A stretch of 59,679 nt of DNA, from IMG/VR virus record IMGVR_UViG_3300032231_000653, positions 1-59,679 of that record; one strand, given 5' to 3'. A program made the position numbers and the translations under genes. Shown here piece after piece: positions 10,400-19,182 of the stretch. The notes under the pieces are model-generated. The model was not told the origin of the DNA. It searched no databases and saw only the letters and a program-made list of their open reading frames with translations. Position 1 is the first letter of the stretch, and each line of letters starts with the position of its first letter. Origin of the DNA: a virus (lineage: Duplodnaviria; Caudoviricetes).

Positions 10400-10549
10400 T
10401 TTTTTATGGAATATAGTAAAAAAAGCATGCGGAACTGTAAGAGTACCTTATAGTACTGCCAAGCACGTTAACGTAACAAAGAACTGCTTATTTAGAAGAG
10501 TATTATCTTAAGTGTTTGTAACTACCACCATTTTATATTCAGTGAATGT

Positions 10550-10565
10550 AGGCATGCGTATTGCA
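10550..10565 (+). promoter_or_regulatory. Sigma54-type promoter
   Basis: AGGCATGCGTATTGCA (GG-N10-GC). Confidence 0.7.
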
Positions 10566-10619
10566 CTAAGCATAATTGTAATAATATGCGTAAAAGAACT
10601 CGACATGAGGGTGTATGAC

Positions 10620-10808
10620 ATGACTACAAAATTGCGTGAAGAAATAATGAATGATAAGACTTTATCTCCACAAGAGCGTGCGTATTATCTTGAAGAAGAT
10701 GGATGGGGAAACCCTATATGTGATGGAGACCCTGCGTGGTGTGGTCGTATAAACTATTGTAGACTTGTGGAAGATTGCATGGATGAAGCGTTACAAGATG
10801 AGTTTTAA
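10620..10808 (+). CDS. Hypothetical small protein
   Basis: Start re-assigned to the ATG after GAGG; Cys-containing C-terminus. Confidence 0.6.
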   Translation: MTTKLREEIMNDKTLSPQERAYYLEEDGWGNPICDGDPAWCGRINYCRLVEDCMDEALQDEF

Positions 10809-10829
10809 ACTTATAAGGAGCATAAAAGT

Positions 10830-11042
10830 ATGGAAAAATGGTATTTCACGTTCGGCTGTGGTCAAAAATTTGCATATAGTTATGTAGTTATTCATGCAGT
10901 GAACTTCGAGCACGCACGCGCATGCATGTTCAAAAACTACAATACACACTGGTGTGGTCAGTATTTGGAAGAACAATGGAATAGTCCTAGAAATTTGTGT
11001 AAAAATTACACACTTTTGAAGGAAATAAAAAGTTATGAGTAA
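10830..11042 (+). CDS. Hypothetical phage protein
   Basis: AGGAG RBS; WYFTFG.G....YV.I......AR..M.......W..QY pattern typical of small phage proteins. Confidence 0.7.
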   Translation: MEKWYFTFGCGQKFAYSYVVIHAVNFEHARACMFKNYNTHWCGQYLEEQWNSPRNLCKNYTLLKEIKSYE

Positions 11043-11101
11043 TGTTAAAGGCCACGTTATAAGCCATCTTTTACGTAAATAACATAGTAAAGGTACAGAT
11101 G

Positions 11102-11138
11102 CTAATATGTTACAATACGTAGTATTGTAACATATTAG
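11102..11138. repeat. Perfect 17-bp-arm palindrome with GTA loop
   Basis: CTAATATGTTACAATAC-GTA-GTATTGTAACATATTAG. Confidence 0.9.
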
Positions 11139-11153
11139 TTTAAGGAGCGCAAT

Positions 11154-11687
11154 ATGATAATAAAAAAAGAAGTTATAGAAGGCATTAAAGCAGTTTACGA
11201 GTTGTTTAGAAGCACAGGATATGCAGATTACTACATGGAGAAACCTATAAATGTGGCATACCGTGCAAAAAAATTGGGTTACTTAGATACACATAGATGG
11301 GTTTTACAGAATAAAAAACTTTATTTGCAAATTTTTGTGCACAAAACAAAAAAGATAAAAAAAGTGCAAGATAGCAAAAGTTTGGAAAAGTGTACACAAA
11401 AAGATGCAACGTACGAATGTGATGCGTTCCCTTTACTTAATGCTATATTTACTTTTAAAAACGAAATATTTACTTTTAGCATGCTAGAAGTAAGGTATGC
11501 CAAGGATACAGGAAAGCATCTTTTGTATATTTCAACTTTAGAAATGTTAAACGACTTTATAACGGGAGGTTTTTTGGAATCTTTTAAGGACATTTCAGGA
11601 ACTGTGTGCTACCGACGTCCTATAATAAAAGAGGTTTTAAAAACTTGGAAAAAACGTAAAAAAAGAAAGCGATATAAGAGTTACTAA
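11154..11687 (+). CDS. Hypothetical protein
   Basis: AAGGAG RBS; 177 aa. Confidence 0.65.
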   Translation: MIIKKEVIEGIKAVYELFRSTGYADYYMEKPINVAYRAKKLGYLDTHRWVLQNKKLYLQIFVHKTKKIKKVQDSKSLEKCTQKDATYECDAFPLLNAIFTFKNEIFTFSMLEVRYAKDTGKHLLYISTLEMLNDFITGGFLESFKDISGTVCYRRPIIKEVLKTWKKRKKRKRYKSY

Positions 11688-11694
11688 CATTAAG

Positions 11695-11729
11695 TTATAT
11701 GTTATGATACTACGTATCATAACATATAA
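11695..11729. repeat. Perfect 16-bp-arm palindrome related to 11102-11138
   Basis: TTATATGTTATGATAC-TAC-GTATCATAACATATAA. Confidence 0.9.
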
Positions 11730-11773
11730 GATGCACAAATGCAACTAATTGTTACAAATAACAGGAGGACATT

Positions 11774-12463
11774 ATGCATACTTTTTACATACTCATCATA
11801 TTAAGCTTATTAGTAGTTTCTATAAAATTATTAAATGATGTAAATAAAGACATGTTCACGAAATTAAAGTCTAAAGACTGGCTTCTGCGAGAACGTTGGA
11901 GCGGTGGTACTATTTTAACTAAAAAAATGCGTAAGGCACGTAAAAGTAAAAAACCTTTTGGAGTGCTTTTTATCGATGTTGATGACTTTAAAAAAGTCAA
12001 CGACATGTATGGGCATGTGTATGGTGATAAGGTATTACTTCAAGTTGCCCATGCGCTTCTGCACCATACCAGACAAACACCTATGGCATTGCTTAAGAGT
12101 GTGCATAGCGTGAAACGTAAAAGAGTTACATACTGCACATCAGTCATAGCAACATTTAAGTATGCATTTAGATGTAAACGTTGGTTGCAGAACATTTTAA
12201 ATCTGCGTTTGTGGCGTGGTGATCGTCTAGTTAGATATGGTGGGGACGAGTTTCTATGTTTGTTCGATAATGTGGATGCAAATGTATTAATACAAGTCGG
12301 CTGGCGCATTAGTAAACAGCTAAAAAACCTTGGAATTTCCGTGTCTATTGGGGGGACATTATTTAAAGTAACGGATAGTGTACATCAAGCGCGCTTGCTA
12401 AATGCTGCGGATAAGGCTATGTATGTGGCAAAAGAAAAAAGAAGTAAGGTGGTAATTTTGTAA
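11774..12463 (+). CDS. GGDEF-domain protein (putative diguanylate cyclase) with N-terminal membrane anchor
   Basis: FIDVDDFKKVND.YGH..GD.VL, RYGGDEF, VSIG and ADKAMY.AK motifs; AGGAGG RBS. Confidence 0.9.
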   Translation: MHTFYILIILSLLVVSIKLLNDVNKDMFTKLKSKDWLLRERWSGGTILTKKMRKARKSKKPFGVLFIDVDDFKKVNDMYGHVYGDKVLLQVAHALLHHTRQTPMALLKSVHSVKRKRVTYCTSVIATFKYAFRCKRWLQNILNLRLWRGDRLVRYGGDEFLCLFDNVDANVLIQVGWRISKQLKNLGISVSIGGTLFKVTDSVHQARLLNAADKAMYVAKEKRSKVVIL

Positions 12464-12585
12464 GGGTAGCGGAGCGACTACCCTTACAAGGGCTACAGGA
12501 GTAACCAAAAGCTAGACTTCTCGCACAGAAGGTTTTATAACAAGAAGTCTGCATGACACTCTGTAGTTTGTGTGTCAGGCTTATT
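12458..12585 (-). ncRNA. Candidate structured small RNA
   Basis: Minus-strand TTGCAA-N16-TACAAT promoter upstream; two stems, a possible pseudoknot and a 12-bp terminal hairpin; no ORF. Confidence 0.35.
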
Positions 12586-12689
12586 AATATTGTAACATGC
12601 TAAAATGGTGTTGCAAGTGTTATTGGAAAATTAAGTTAAAAAAAAATTATTTTTATAGCATTTTAAGCTTAATTTCTAGTTTGGAATAA

Positions 12690-12822
12690 ATATCCACAGC
12701 TTGTGGATAAGTGGGAAAAGTTGCGCGGTAGCGCAAGCTTTCCCTTAATTAATTTTAACAGTAACAACTAATAATTAATTATTATATTATTATATTATTA
12801 TTATTATATTAATATAATAATT
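12690..12822. other. Candidate replication origin (DnaA-box pair + AT-only tract)
   Basis: ATATCCACA (12690) and TGTGGATAA (12702) are inverted; an A/T-only tract of about 55 bp lies at 12769-12823; the site is upstream of the replication operon. Confidence 0.4.
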
Positions 12823-12838
12823 TGCAATAATTGTGCCA
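12823..12838 (-). promoter_or_regulatory. Sigma54-type promoter pointing into non-coding DNA
   Basis: TGGCACAATTATTGCA on the minus strand, near-consensus. Confidence 0.65.
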
Positions 12839-12883
12839 AAAAACTTGGAAGACTATTTTTATATTATTTTTTTATTTACTTAG

Positions 12884-12911
12884 TTGCTTTTTTAGTACGC
12901 TTACTTATAAT
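12884..12911 (+). promoter_or_regulatory. Sigma70-like promoter of the replication operon
   Basis: TTGCTT-N16-TATAAT. Confidence 0.6.
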
Positions 12912-12934
12912 ATTTAAAAAGCGTAGGAGCATTC

Positions 12935-14482
12935 ATGATTATAAAAATTTTTAACACAATTTGTACTGTCACAGGAATTCTGGCAGAAGAAAGAGCAGCA
13001 CTGGACGTTGTAACTTCTGGTTTTGCTAAAGGTTACTTTTTTACACCTCTTTACAAAAAACACAAGTGGGATGGTAAAGTCCACTTATTCAAAAAGAACA
13101 CATTCCCTACAGGTTTACTAGATCGCGTGTTAACTCATTGTGCTGCACAAGGGTACATGTTTGAGTTGCAAGATATGCGTGTGATCCCCCCGACAAAAAA
13201 GCTAGTTATAAATTTATTTGATGTAGAATTACGTGATTACCAAAAAGCCTGCGTAGATGTTTGTACGGACTCGTTACCGAGAGGCATAATACATTTAGCT
13301 ACGAATGCGGGCAAAACGGAAATAGGGATTGCTATTGCGCAGCGACTGAATTTAAAAACTCTGTGGTTATCTGATAGCTTGTCCATAGTGGATCAAACTA
13401 TAAAACGTTTTGAAGCACGTTTGGGTGAGCCTATCGGCAGAATCGCATCAGGCGTGTGGTCACCCCAAAAAATTACAGTTGCATCCATAGACACTTTATG
13501 GTCGCGCTTGAACTTATACAAATCAGTTATTTATTATACTTGCATGTACTGTAAACGTAAGTGTGCTGTAAAATCTCAAAAAGTTGGTTACAAATACACT
13601 TGTAAGTACTGCGATAATACTTCTAATGTGCAGAAAGTCAGTAAAGTGCGTGAGCTAAAAAGGGATGCTTTCGCACGCGCAAAACAAAATAGGACGTTAG
13701 AATATTTTAAGGGCATTGATGTTGTAATATCTGATGAATGTAGTCACGTACCAGCACGTACGTGGTATTCTGTTCTGATGAACATACACGCTTATTATCG
13801 TTTTGGTTTATCTGCGACTCCTTTTGATAAGAAAACCGCTTCAGATTTACAGTTGATTGGCGCTTTGGGGCCTGTAATTTATGAAGTTGGGAATAAACAA
13901 CTGATCTCTAAGAAAATATCGGCTCTGCCTACTTTCGACATTGTTGAGATAACACACCCTAAAAATCCTGATTTTATGGATGTTAGCTGGCAGCTTGCAG
14001 AAAGTGACGGGATTATAAATAATCATTACAGAAATAAAGTTATAGTTAATAAGGTCCGAAATGCATGCCAAAGGGGTAAGGGAGTGTTAGTGCTTTTTTG
14101 TAAAATACGCCACGGTATGTTATTGAAGGATGCATTACAAAAAGTAGACGGTTGTCGTGTGGCCATGCTTACAGGCGCATGTAATCTTGCAGAGAGGGAT
14201 GAGATAGTCCGTGCATTTCAACAGGGTGGAATAAACGTAATCTTGGCATCTACTATTTTTGATGAAGGGATCAGTATAAATGAAATAGATGTTTTGTTAC
14301 TCGCAGGTGGTGGTAAGAGTAACCAGAAGGCCATCCAACGCGTAGGGCGTGGGTTACGTATGAATGATACTGGTACTGTGCAAATTGTGGATTTTATGGA
14401 TGTATCAAACAAATATTTATTACGCCATTCGGAGCAACGGATAACGGCGTATAAATCAGCAGGGCTTATGCCTAAAAATTAA
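12935..14482 (+). CDS. SF2 (DExH, UvsW/XPB-like) helicase with inserted zinc finger
   Basis: LRDYQ, ATNAGKT, DECSH, GLSATP and QRVGRGLR motifs; CxxC...CxxC insert. Confidence 0.9.
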   Translation: MIIKIFNTICTVTGILAEERAALDVVTSGFAKGYFFTPLYKKHKWDGKVHLFKKNTFPTGLLDRVLTHCAAQGYMFELQDMRVIPPTKKLVINLFDVELRDYQKACVDVCTDSLPRGIIHLATNAGKTEIGIAIAQRLNLKTLWLSDSLSIVDQTIKRFEARLGEPIGRIASGVWSPQKITVASIDTLWSRLNLYKSVIYYTCMYCKRKCAVKSQKVGYKYTCKYCDNTSNVQKVSKVRELKRDAFARAKQNRTLEYFKGIDVVISDECSHVPARTWYSVLMNIHAYYRFGLSATPFDKKTASDLQLIGALGPVIYEVGNKQLISKKISALPTFDIVEITHPKNPDFMDVSWQLAESDGIINNHYRNKVIVNKVRNACQRGKGVLVLFCKIRHGMLLKDALQKVDGCRVAMLTGACNLAERDEIVRAFQQGGINVILASTIFDEGISINEIDVLLLAGGGKSNQKAIQRVGRGLRMNDTGTVQIVDFMDVSNKYLLRHSEQRITAYKSAGLMPKN

Positions 14483-14505
14483 CTTTACAGGAGTAACTCG
14501 GAGCT

Positions 14506-14973
14506 ATGGAACACGGAGCATATTCGGAGATAATTACACCTACCGTTATTTTAAATTTATTTTCTGCTATAAAGGCGGATTATACAGGTATTCCTTACAG
14601 TTCAATTAAAAATTCTGCAAAAAATATAAGTCTCGCCATAAAAATAATGCAAGTGGCCAAAAAGGTGAATGTACCTGTTAGTGTGTATATGGAAGCGCAG
14701 TTTGCGATTGACAATGCACGTATTGATCCCGCTTATGTACAATTGAATCACTTATTAAGCGTTAACGCGCAAGACCGCGCCACACGCCACTATCACCAAA
14801 TCTACACGGAGGATCATGCACAGCGTAACGCAGTGACTTTTACAGCCGATGATCTAAATGCGTATTGGGAGAATACCATTAGCAGCATTGGTAGCAAAAC
14901 AGGCGCATGTGTGCAGCACATACGCGCACACCTGCTTGCATCAGGGCTGTTGCGTACTACAGGTGGTGTATGA
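14506..14973 (+). CDS. Hypothetical protein (replication operon)
   Basis: GGAG RBS; ATGA overlap with the DnaB gene. Confidence 0.7.
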   Translation: MEHGAYSEIITPTVILNLFSAIKADYTGIPYSSIKNSAKNISLAIKIMQVAKKVNVPVSVYMEAQFAIDNARIDPAYVQLNHLLSVNAQDRATRHYHQIYTEDHAQRNAVTFTADDLNAYWENTISSIGSKTGACVQHIRAHLLASGLLRTTGGV

Positions 14974-16238
14974 AAAGCACTACGGAGCAACTACCCGCAG
15001 AATTTCAAATGCAGATAATTATTTGCATATTAGCATCAAAAGAATTTTTATCGGAAATAATAGATTTATTAAAAGTGGAATATTTCGATGTTTCTTACCT
15101 CCAACAAATCGCAAGTGTTATGTTAGATTTATTTACGCAAGGCCACCCTATAGATAAATTTACGGTGAAGACTTTGGCATTGGAGAAAGCGCCCGTTAAA
15201 GACCGTGACATTATAATTACTATTTTAGATCAAGCTGTTGTTTCTGATAAAAACGTGGGTTTTGTAAAAGATAAGTTTGTGGAGTTTGCTACGCATCAGG
15301 AGCTAAAGTTGGCAATAGCAAAAAGCACAGTACTATTAAATCAATGGAAGCACACAGAGATTAGAGATGTAATGGGTGCATTGTCAGCTAAATTGTCACC
15401 AAATGTGTTTCAGGACTATTTTGCAACATCTAAGAAGCGTGCTTTGGATAGGACTACAGCAGGTGAGAGCGTGTACACGAAAACACTAATTCCAGCTTTA
15501 GATAATGTAATTCAAGGGCTTTTTAGAGAGCAACTAGGTGTATGGTTAGGCCGTCCAGGTGGTGGGAAGAGTGTGGCATTAAGGCATTGCGCCAAGGCCG
15601 CAGCGCTGCTTGGACAGACGGTTCTTTACTACACGCTGGAACTGTCCAGTGCTATATCTATGGATTGCTTTGACGCATCTATCACAGGGATTACCATGCG
15701 TGATTTACGCGATAGTACGAGTGATGTAATTAAATTAATGGAGGATTATAGTGAAACATACACAGGAGATATTTTTGTTGCTCAGTACCCTGCGCGTGAG
15801 CTAAATGCTACGATAATAAAAGGGCACTGCCAGAGATTTGCGGCATTGGGGAGGGCGCCACACGTAATTGTGGTTGATTATGGCGATTTAATGTCCTCAG
15901 CCAAGGTTTATACTAGCAGATATGATGAATTGGAGGCTGTTTATGAAGAGTTGCGTGGTGTAGCACAAACTTACAAAATAGCTGTATTTACTGCTAGTCA
16001 GGCCAATCGTGCATCGCTTGCGAAGGAGGTCATTACTATGGCGGATATCGCGGATAGTTGGGGGAAATGTAAAGTTGCGGATTGGATTGTTGCGCTTTGT
16101 CAAACCCCTGCGGAGCGCGCGGATAATAGAGGTAGATTTTTTACAGCAAAAAATAGAAATGGCCCTGAGGGGGTTAGTGTGCCATTTTTTTGTGATTTTT
16201 CCAGATCATTGTTTTTGACCTTTCCAGAAGGTAGATAA
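14970..16238 (+). CDS. dnaB: Replicative DnaB-like helicase
   Basis: GRPGGGKS Walker A, TLEL, VVDYGDL, TASQANR and KNRNG motifs; start at the ATGA overlap. Confidence 0.9.
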   Translation: MKSTTEQLPAEFQMQIIICILASKEFLSEIIDLLKVEYFDVSYLQQIASVMLDLFTQGHPIDKFTVKTLALEKAPVKDRDIIITILDQAVVSDKNVGFVKDKFVEFATHQELKLAIAKSTVLLNQWKHTEIRDVMGALSAKLSPNVFQDYFATSKKRALDRTTAGESVYTKTLIPALDNVIQGLFREQLGVWLGRPGGGKSVALRHCAKAAALLGQTVLYYTLELSSAISMDCFDASITGITMRDLRDSTSDVIKLMEDYSETYTGDIFVAQYPARELNATIIKGHCQRFAALGRAPHVIVVDYGDLMSSAKVYTSRYDELEAVYEELRGVAQTYKIAVFTASQANRASLAKEVITMADIADSWGKCKVADWIVALCQTPAERADNRGRFFTAKNRNGPEGVSVPFFCDFSRSLFLTFPEGR

Positions 16239-16239
16239 A

Positions 16240-17166
16240 ATGTATGTGCAACATAAAAATACGTATAAACTCGATCTTACAAAATTTGATGTGATTGCGT
16301 ATTTACACAATAAGGGCATGCAAGCGAATCCGAGAACACATGCTGCGGATATGGATGTGGCTTTTAACTGTTTTTTTTGTGGCGATAAGGCTCCAAATAA
16401 ATACCACTTATCAGTCAATAAATATTCCACCATGTTTAATTGCTGGCTATGCAGCCGTAGTGGTAATGCATGGACATTTTTAAGGCATTTTGGGGATAGA
16501 CTTTACAATGTACGCGAATACATAAGAGACGCACAGTTTTTTGAAGAGCATGCTCATGCAAAACCCAAGAAATCTTGGTATGGAGAACTGCCGGAATTTT
16601 TTACGCCTATAGGTGAGTTAAAAGTTCTGCCTACTTACTTGGTAAAAAAGGGTTTTGATAGGCGTAAATTAGAGAAATACCGTGTAGGTTACTGTGATCT
16701 TGGTGTTATGGCTAAACGTGTTATATTTCCGATTTATTGTGGTGGTAGATTAATTAGTTTTATCGGGAAGAGCATTTGCAAGGGCGTCAAACCATATAAT
16801 CCAGAGGGTGTAAGGTTTAGCGAGCTTTTGTATAATTATGATGTTGCGAAGCTGCATGACACTTGTGTTATTGTTGAGGGCGTCACTGACGCCATCGCTA
16901 TAGGATCAAACGCTGTGGCACTTTTTGGGAAAAGTATGTCCACAGCACAGTTAAATTTAATATTAAAGGCACGTTTTAGTAAGGTTGTTGTGTGCCTGGA
17001 TGATGATGCGCATAGTGCTACTTTGCGTATAGCTGCAAAGTTAGCGCTCTTTGTTAACACATGTGTTGTGCTTTTGAAAAATGGTGATCCCTGTGATCAC
17101 AAAAATATAAATGACATTTTATACACGCAGGCCAAAGCTTACAGTGGGGATTTATGCAGTACATAA
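16240..17166 (+). CDS. DNA primase (zinc finger + TOPRIM)
   Basis: CxxC...CxxC; IVEGVTDA, LDDDA and GDP TOPRIM motifs. Confidence 0.9.
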   Translation: MYVQHKNTYKLDLTKFDVIAYLHNKGMQANPRTHAADMDVAFNCFFCGDKAPNKYHLSVNKYSTMFNCWLCSRSGNAWTFLRHFGDRLYNVREYIRDAQFFEEHAHAKPKKSWYGELPEFFTPIGELKVLPTYLVKKGFDRRKLEKYRVGYCDLGVMAKRVIFPIYCGGRLISFIGKSICKGVKPYNPEGVRFSELLYNYDVAKLHDTCVIVEGVTDAIAIGSNAVALFGKSMSTAQLNLILKARFSKVVVCLDDDAHSATLRIAAKLALFVNTCVVLLKNGDPCDHKNINDILYTQAKAYSGDLCST

Positions 17167-17256
17167 TTGGAACACGCAGTACTATTATGTTCTTTGAGGT
17201 ACTGATCAACATACTATTATGCGCGTATTTTGTACGTTTTAAAGGGATGAAGGCAT

Positions 17257-17272
17257 TGGCACATATATTGCT
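17257..17272 (+). promoter_or_regulatory. Sigma54-type promoter
   Basis: TGGCACATATATTGCT. Confidence 0.8.
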
Positions 17273-17308
17273 TTACATACGCTTACAAACAAATAACAGG
17301 AGGACGTT

Positions 17309-18118
17309 ATGAGCGAAGAATATAATTTTGTAGTAAATGAGCAACCATTAAGAATAAGTAATACATCTGGCCAGGACGTAGTTGATCCTACTAGAAAGGT
17401 GTTGGTGAGAGATGATGACATGGGTGTGTTGGGTGTTGTTGGGCGAAACTATCAGGTTATTTCCCACACTGATGTTATTGATGGTGTTGATGCAGTGCTT
17501 GATGAAAAGGGTTGGAATTTTGAGAAGATTGTGTACACGTTTGACGGGGGATCACTTATGCGTGCTTCTTATAAGTTCCCCGATATGAAATTTAATGTAA
17601 CACCTGATACCCAATTAGGGGATTATGTAGGTTTTGGCATAGACATCGTGAACGGGATTGGCGGGCGTGCTGCTGTACGGTTGGAGATACAGCTATTACG
17701 GCTAGTTTGTTTGAATGGGATGAAAGTATCTGATAAATTTTACAACATATATGGCAGGCATACGGCCTCTTTTGAACTAATTGGTTTCAGAGACAACGTT
17801 GTTTTAGCACATGAGCATGCGGCACAGCGTGTTATTCCCTTTTACAACGATCTGAGCAAAACCGAAATAACAGAGGAACGATCTGATATCTTGATAAATG
17901 GCATTGTGCAAACTGGGCATAACTATGTGCCCAAATCGTACGAGGATGCAGTCAGGAGCCAATTAAAAGATAGTGACACATTAACTCTTTGGGCGTTATA
18001 TAATGCATTTACATATGCAATTACTCGGCAAAGTTTTGAAGAGGGGAAAGTTCAGCGCTCCCGAAAGTTGCTGCAGATAGTCGATAGGTATTTCAGGGCA
18101 CGGCACGCAGCTTTATAG
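17309..18118 (+). CDS. DUF932-family protein
   Basis: LGVVG.NY.V..H, RLVC.NG and T.W.LYNA.T motifs. Confidence 0.8.
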   Translation: MSEEYNFVVNEQPLRISNTSGQDVVDPTRKVLVRDDDMGVLGVVGRNYQVISHTDVIDGVDAVLDEKGWNFEKIVYTFDGGSLMRASYKFPDMKFNVTPDTQLGDYVGFGIDIVNGIGGRAAVRLEIQLLRLVCLNGMKVSDKFYNIYGRHTASFELIGFRDNVVLAHEHAAQRVIPFYNDLSKTEITEERSDILINGIVQTGHNYVPKSYEDAVRSQLKDSDTLTLWALYNAFTYAITRQSFEEGKVQRSRKLLQIVDRYFRARHAAL

Positions 18119-18127
18119 CTCTGGTAA

Positions 18128-18160
18128 TATGGGGGACTTACGTCCCCCATACGTTTTTTT
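18128..18160 (+). terminator. Intrinsic terminator
   Basis: TATGGGGGAC-TTAC-GTCCCCCATA followed by a T tract. Confidence 0.85.
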
Positions 18161-18191
18161 AATCACTTTTAGAGGATGACATCCACCACGT

Positions 18192-18443
18192 ATGTTGTGC
18201 AGATGCGATTTACTTTACATAAAAGAAGAAGGGAAAGTTATGGATGATGTAACAGCGAGTTGGCGTGAAATAGTCGTCGATCCAGGAAATAGGTACAGGA
18301 GCACAACGATAGAAGCAACGTATAAAACCAGCGTAATAAATGGTGAATGCGCTGAGATGGCTTTTGCGCGTGCATGGCTTATAGTTCGGAAACAGCTTGA
18401 TATGCAGCGTACTGTGGCACATAAGATTTTTACAGAGACATAA
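18192..18443 (+). CDS. Hypothetical protein
   Basis: ORF; the true start may be the ATG at 18240. Confidence 0.55.
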   Translation: MLCRCDLLYIKEEGKVMDDVTASWREIVVDPGNRYRSTTIEATYKTSVINGECAEMAFARAWLIVRKQLDMQRTVAHKIFTET

Positions 18444-18444
18444 G

Positions 18445-19182
18445 ATGCACACGTATGAATGTATAACTTGGTATGACATTCCTGCTTACGTGGGGTTGTA
18501 TGAGATTAGCGAGTACGGAGCCATATGGAGTACCCGTAGGAATAAGCAATTAAGAACGTACATGAACAGACCTGATGGGTATAAGACTGTTTGCTTATCC
18601 GTCGGTGGTAAATGTAAGTGGTTTTGTATACATAGATTAGTTTTGTGCTCTTCTGAAGGCATTAAGTATAACGCAAAGAGATTACATGGTAAACAGTGTA
18701 ACCATAAGGATGGTGATAAACTGAACACTCATGTTAGTAATTTGGAGTGGGTTACTGCAAGGGAGAATGCGTTACACTCAAGGAGAGTCTTGGGTAAGTG
18801 TTGTGGTGAAAAGTCAAACTCAAATAAACTTAAAAATGCTGACGTACTTGAAATATTGGCTAAGTTGCGCGCAGGAATAGTGTCCGCAGGGACTATCGCG
18901 AAAGAGTACAATATTTCAGATGCTGCGGTGTCTTCGATAAAGCATGGGCGCACGTGGCAGAGTGTCACAGGGATATTACATAATAAAAAACGGGTACCCC
19001 GACATAAAAAAATTACAAATCTTTCTGGCAAAAGAACAACCAAGTTAACGCTGGAGCAGGTTGTAGCAATTAAATTAGAATTAGCGCGGGGATTGAGTTG
19101 TACAGTCCTGGGTCGGAAATATAATGTTAGTAGGCAGACTATCGGAGCCATTAAACGGGGTGCAACTTGGAGGCATGTGTAA
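18445..19182 (+). CDS. HNH homing endonuclease (NUMOD4-HNH, C-terminal HTH repeats)
   Basis: W.DIP.Y.GLYEIS..G, IHRLV and NHKDGDKLN..VSNLEWVT..EN..H motifs. Confidence 0.9.
   Translation: MHTYECITWYDIPAYVGLYEISEYGAIWSTRRNKQLRTYMNRPDGYKTVCLSVGGKCKWFCIHRLVLCSSEGIKYNAKRLHGKQCNHKDGDKLNTHVSNLEWVTARENALHSRRVLGKCCGEKSNSNKLKNADVLEILAKLRAGIVSAGTIAKEYNISDAAVSSIKHGRTWQSVTGILHNKKRVPRHKKITNLSGKRTTKLTLEQVVAIKLELARGLSCTVLGRKYNVSRQTIGAIKRGATWRHV

Noticed and set aside
12077-12217. Intein or intron in the GGDEF gene
   Set aside because: There is no N-terminal Cys/Ser with C-terminal His-Asn, it is too short, and I see no intron core; treated as an in-frame insertion.
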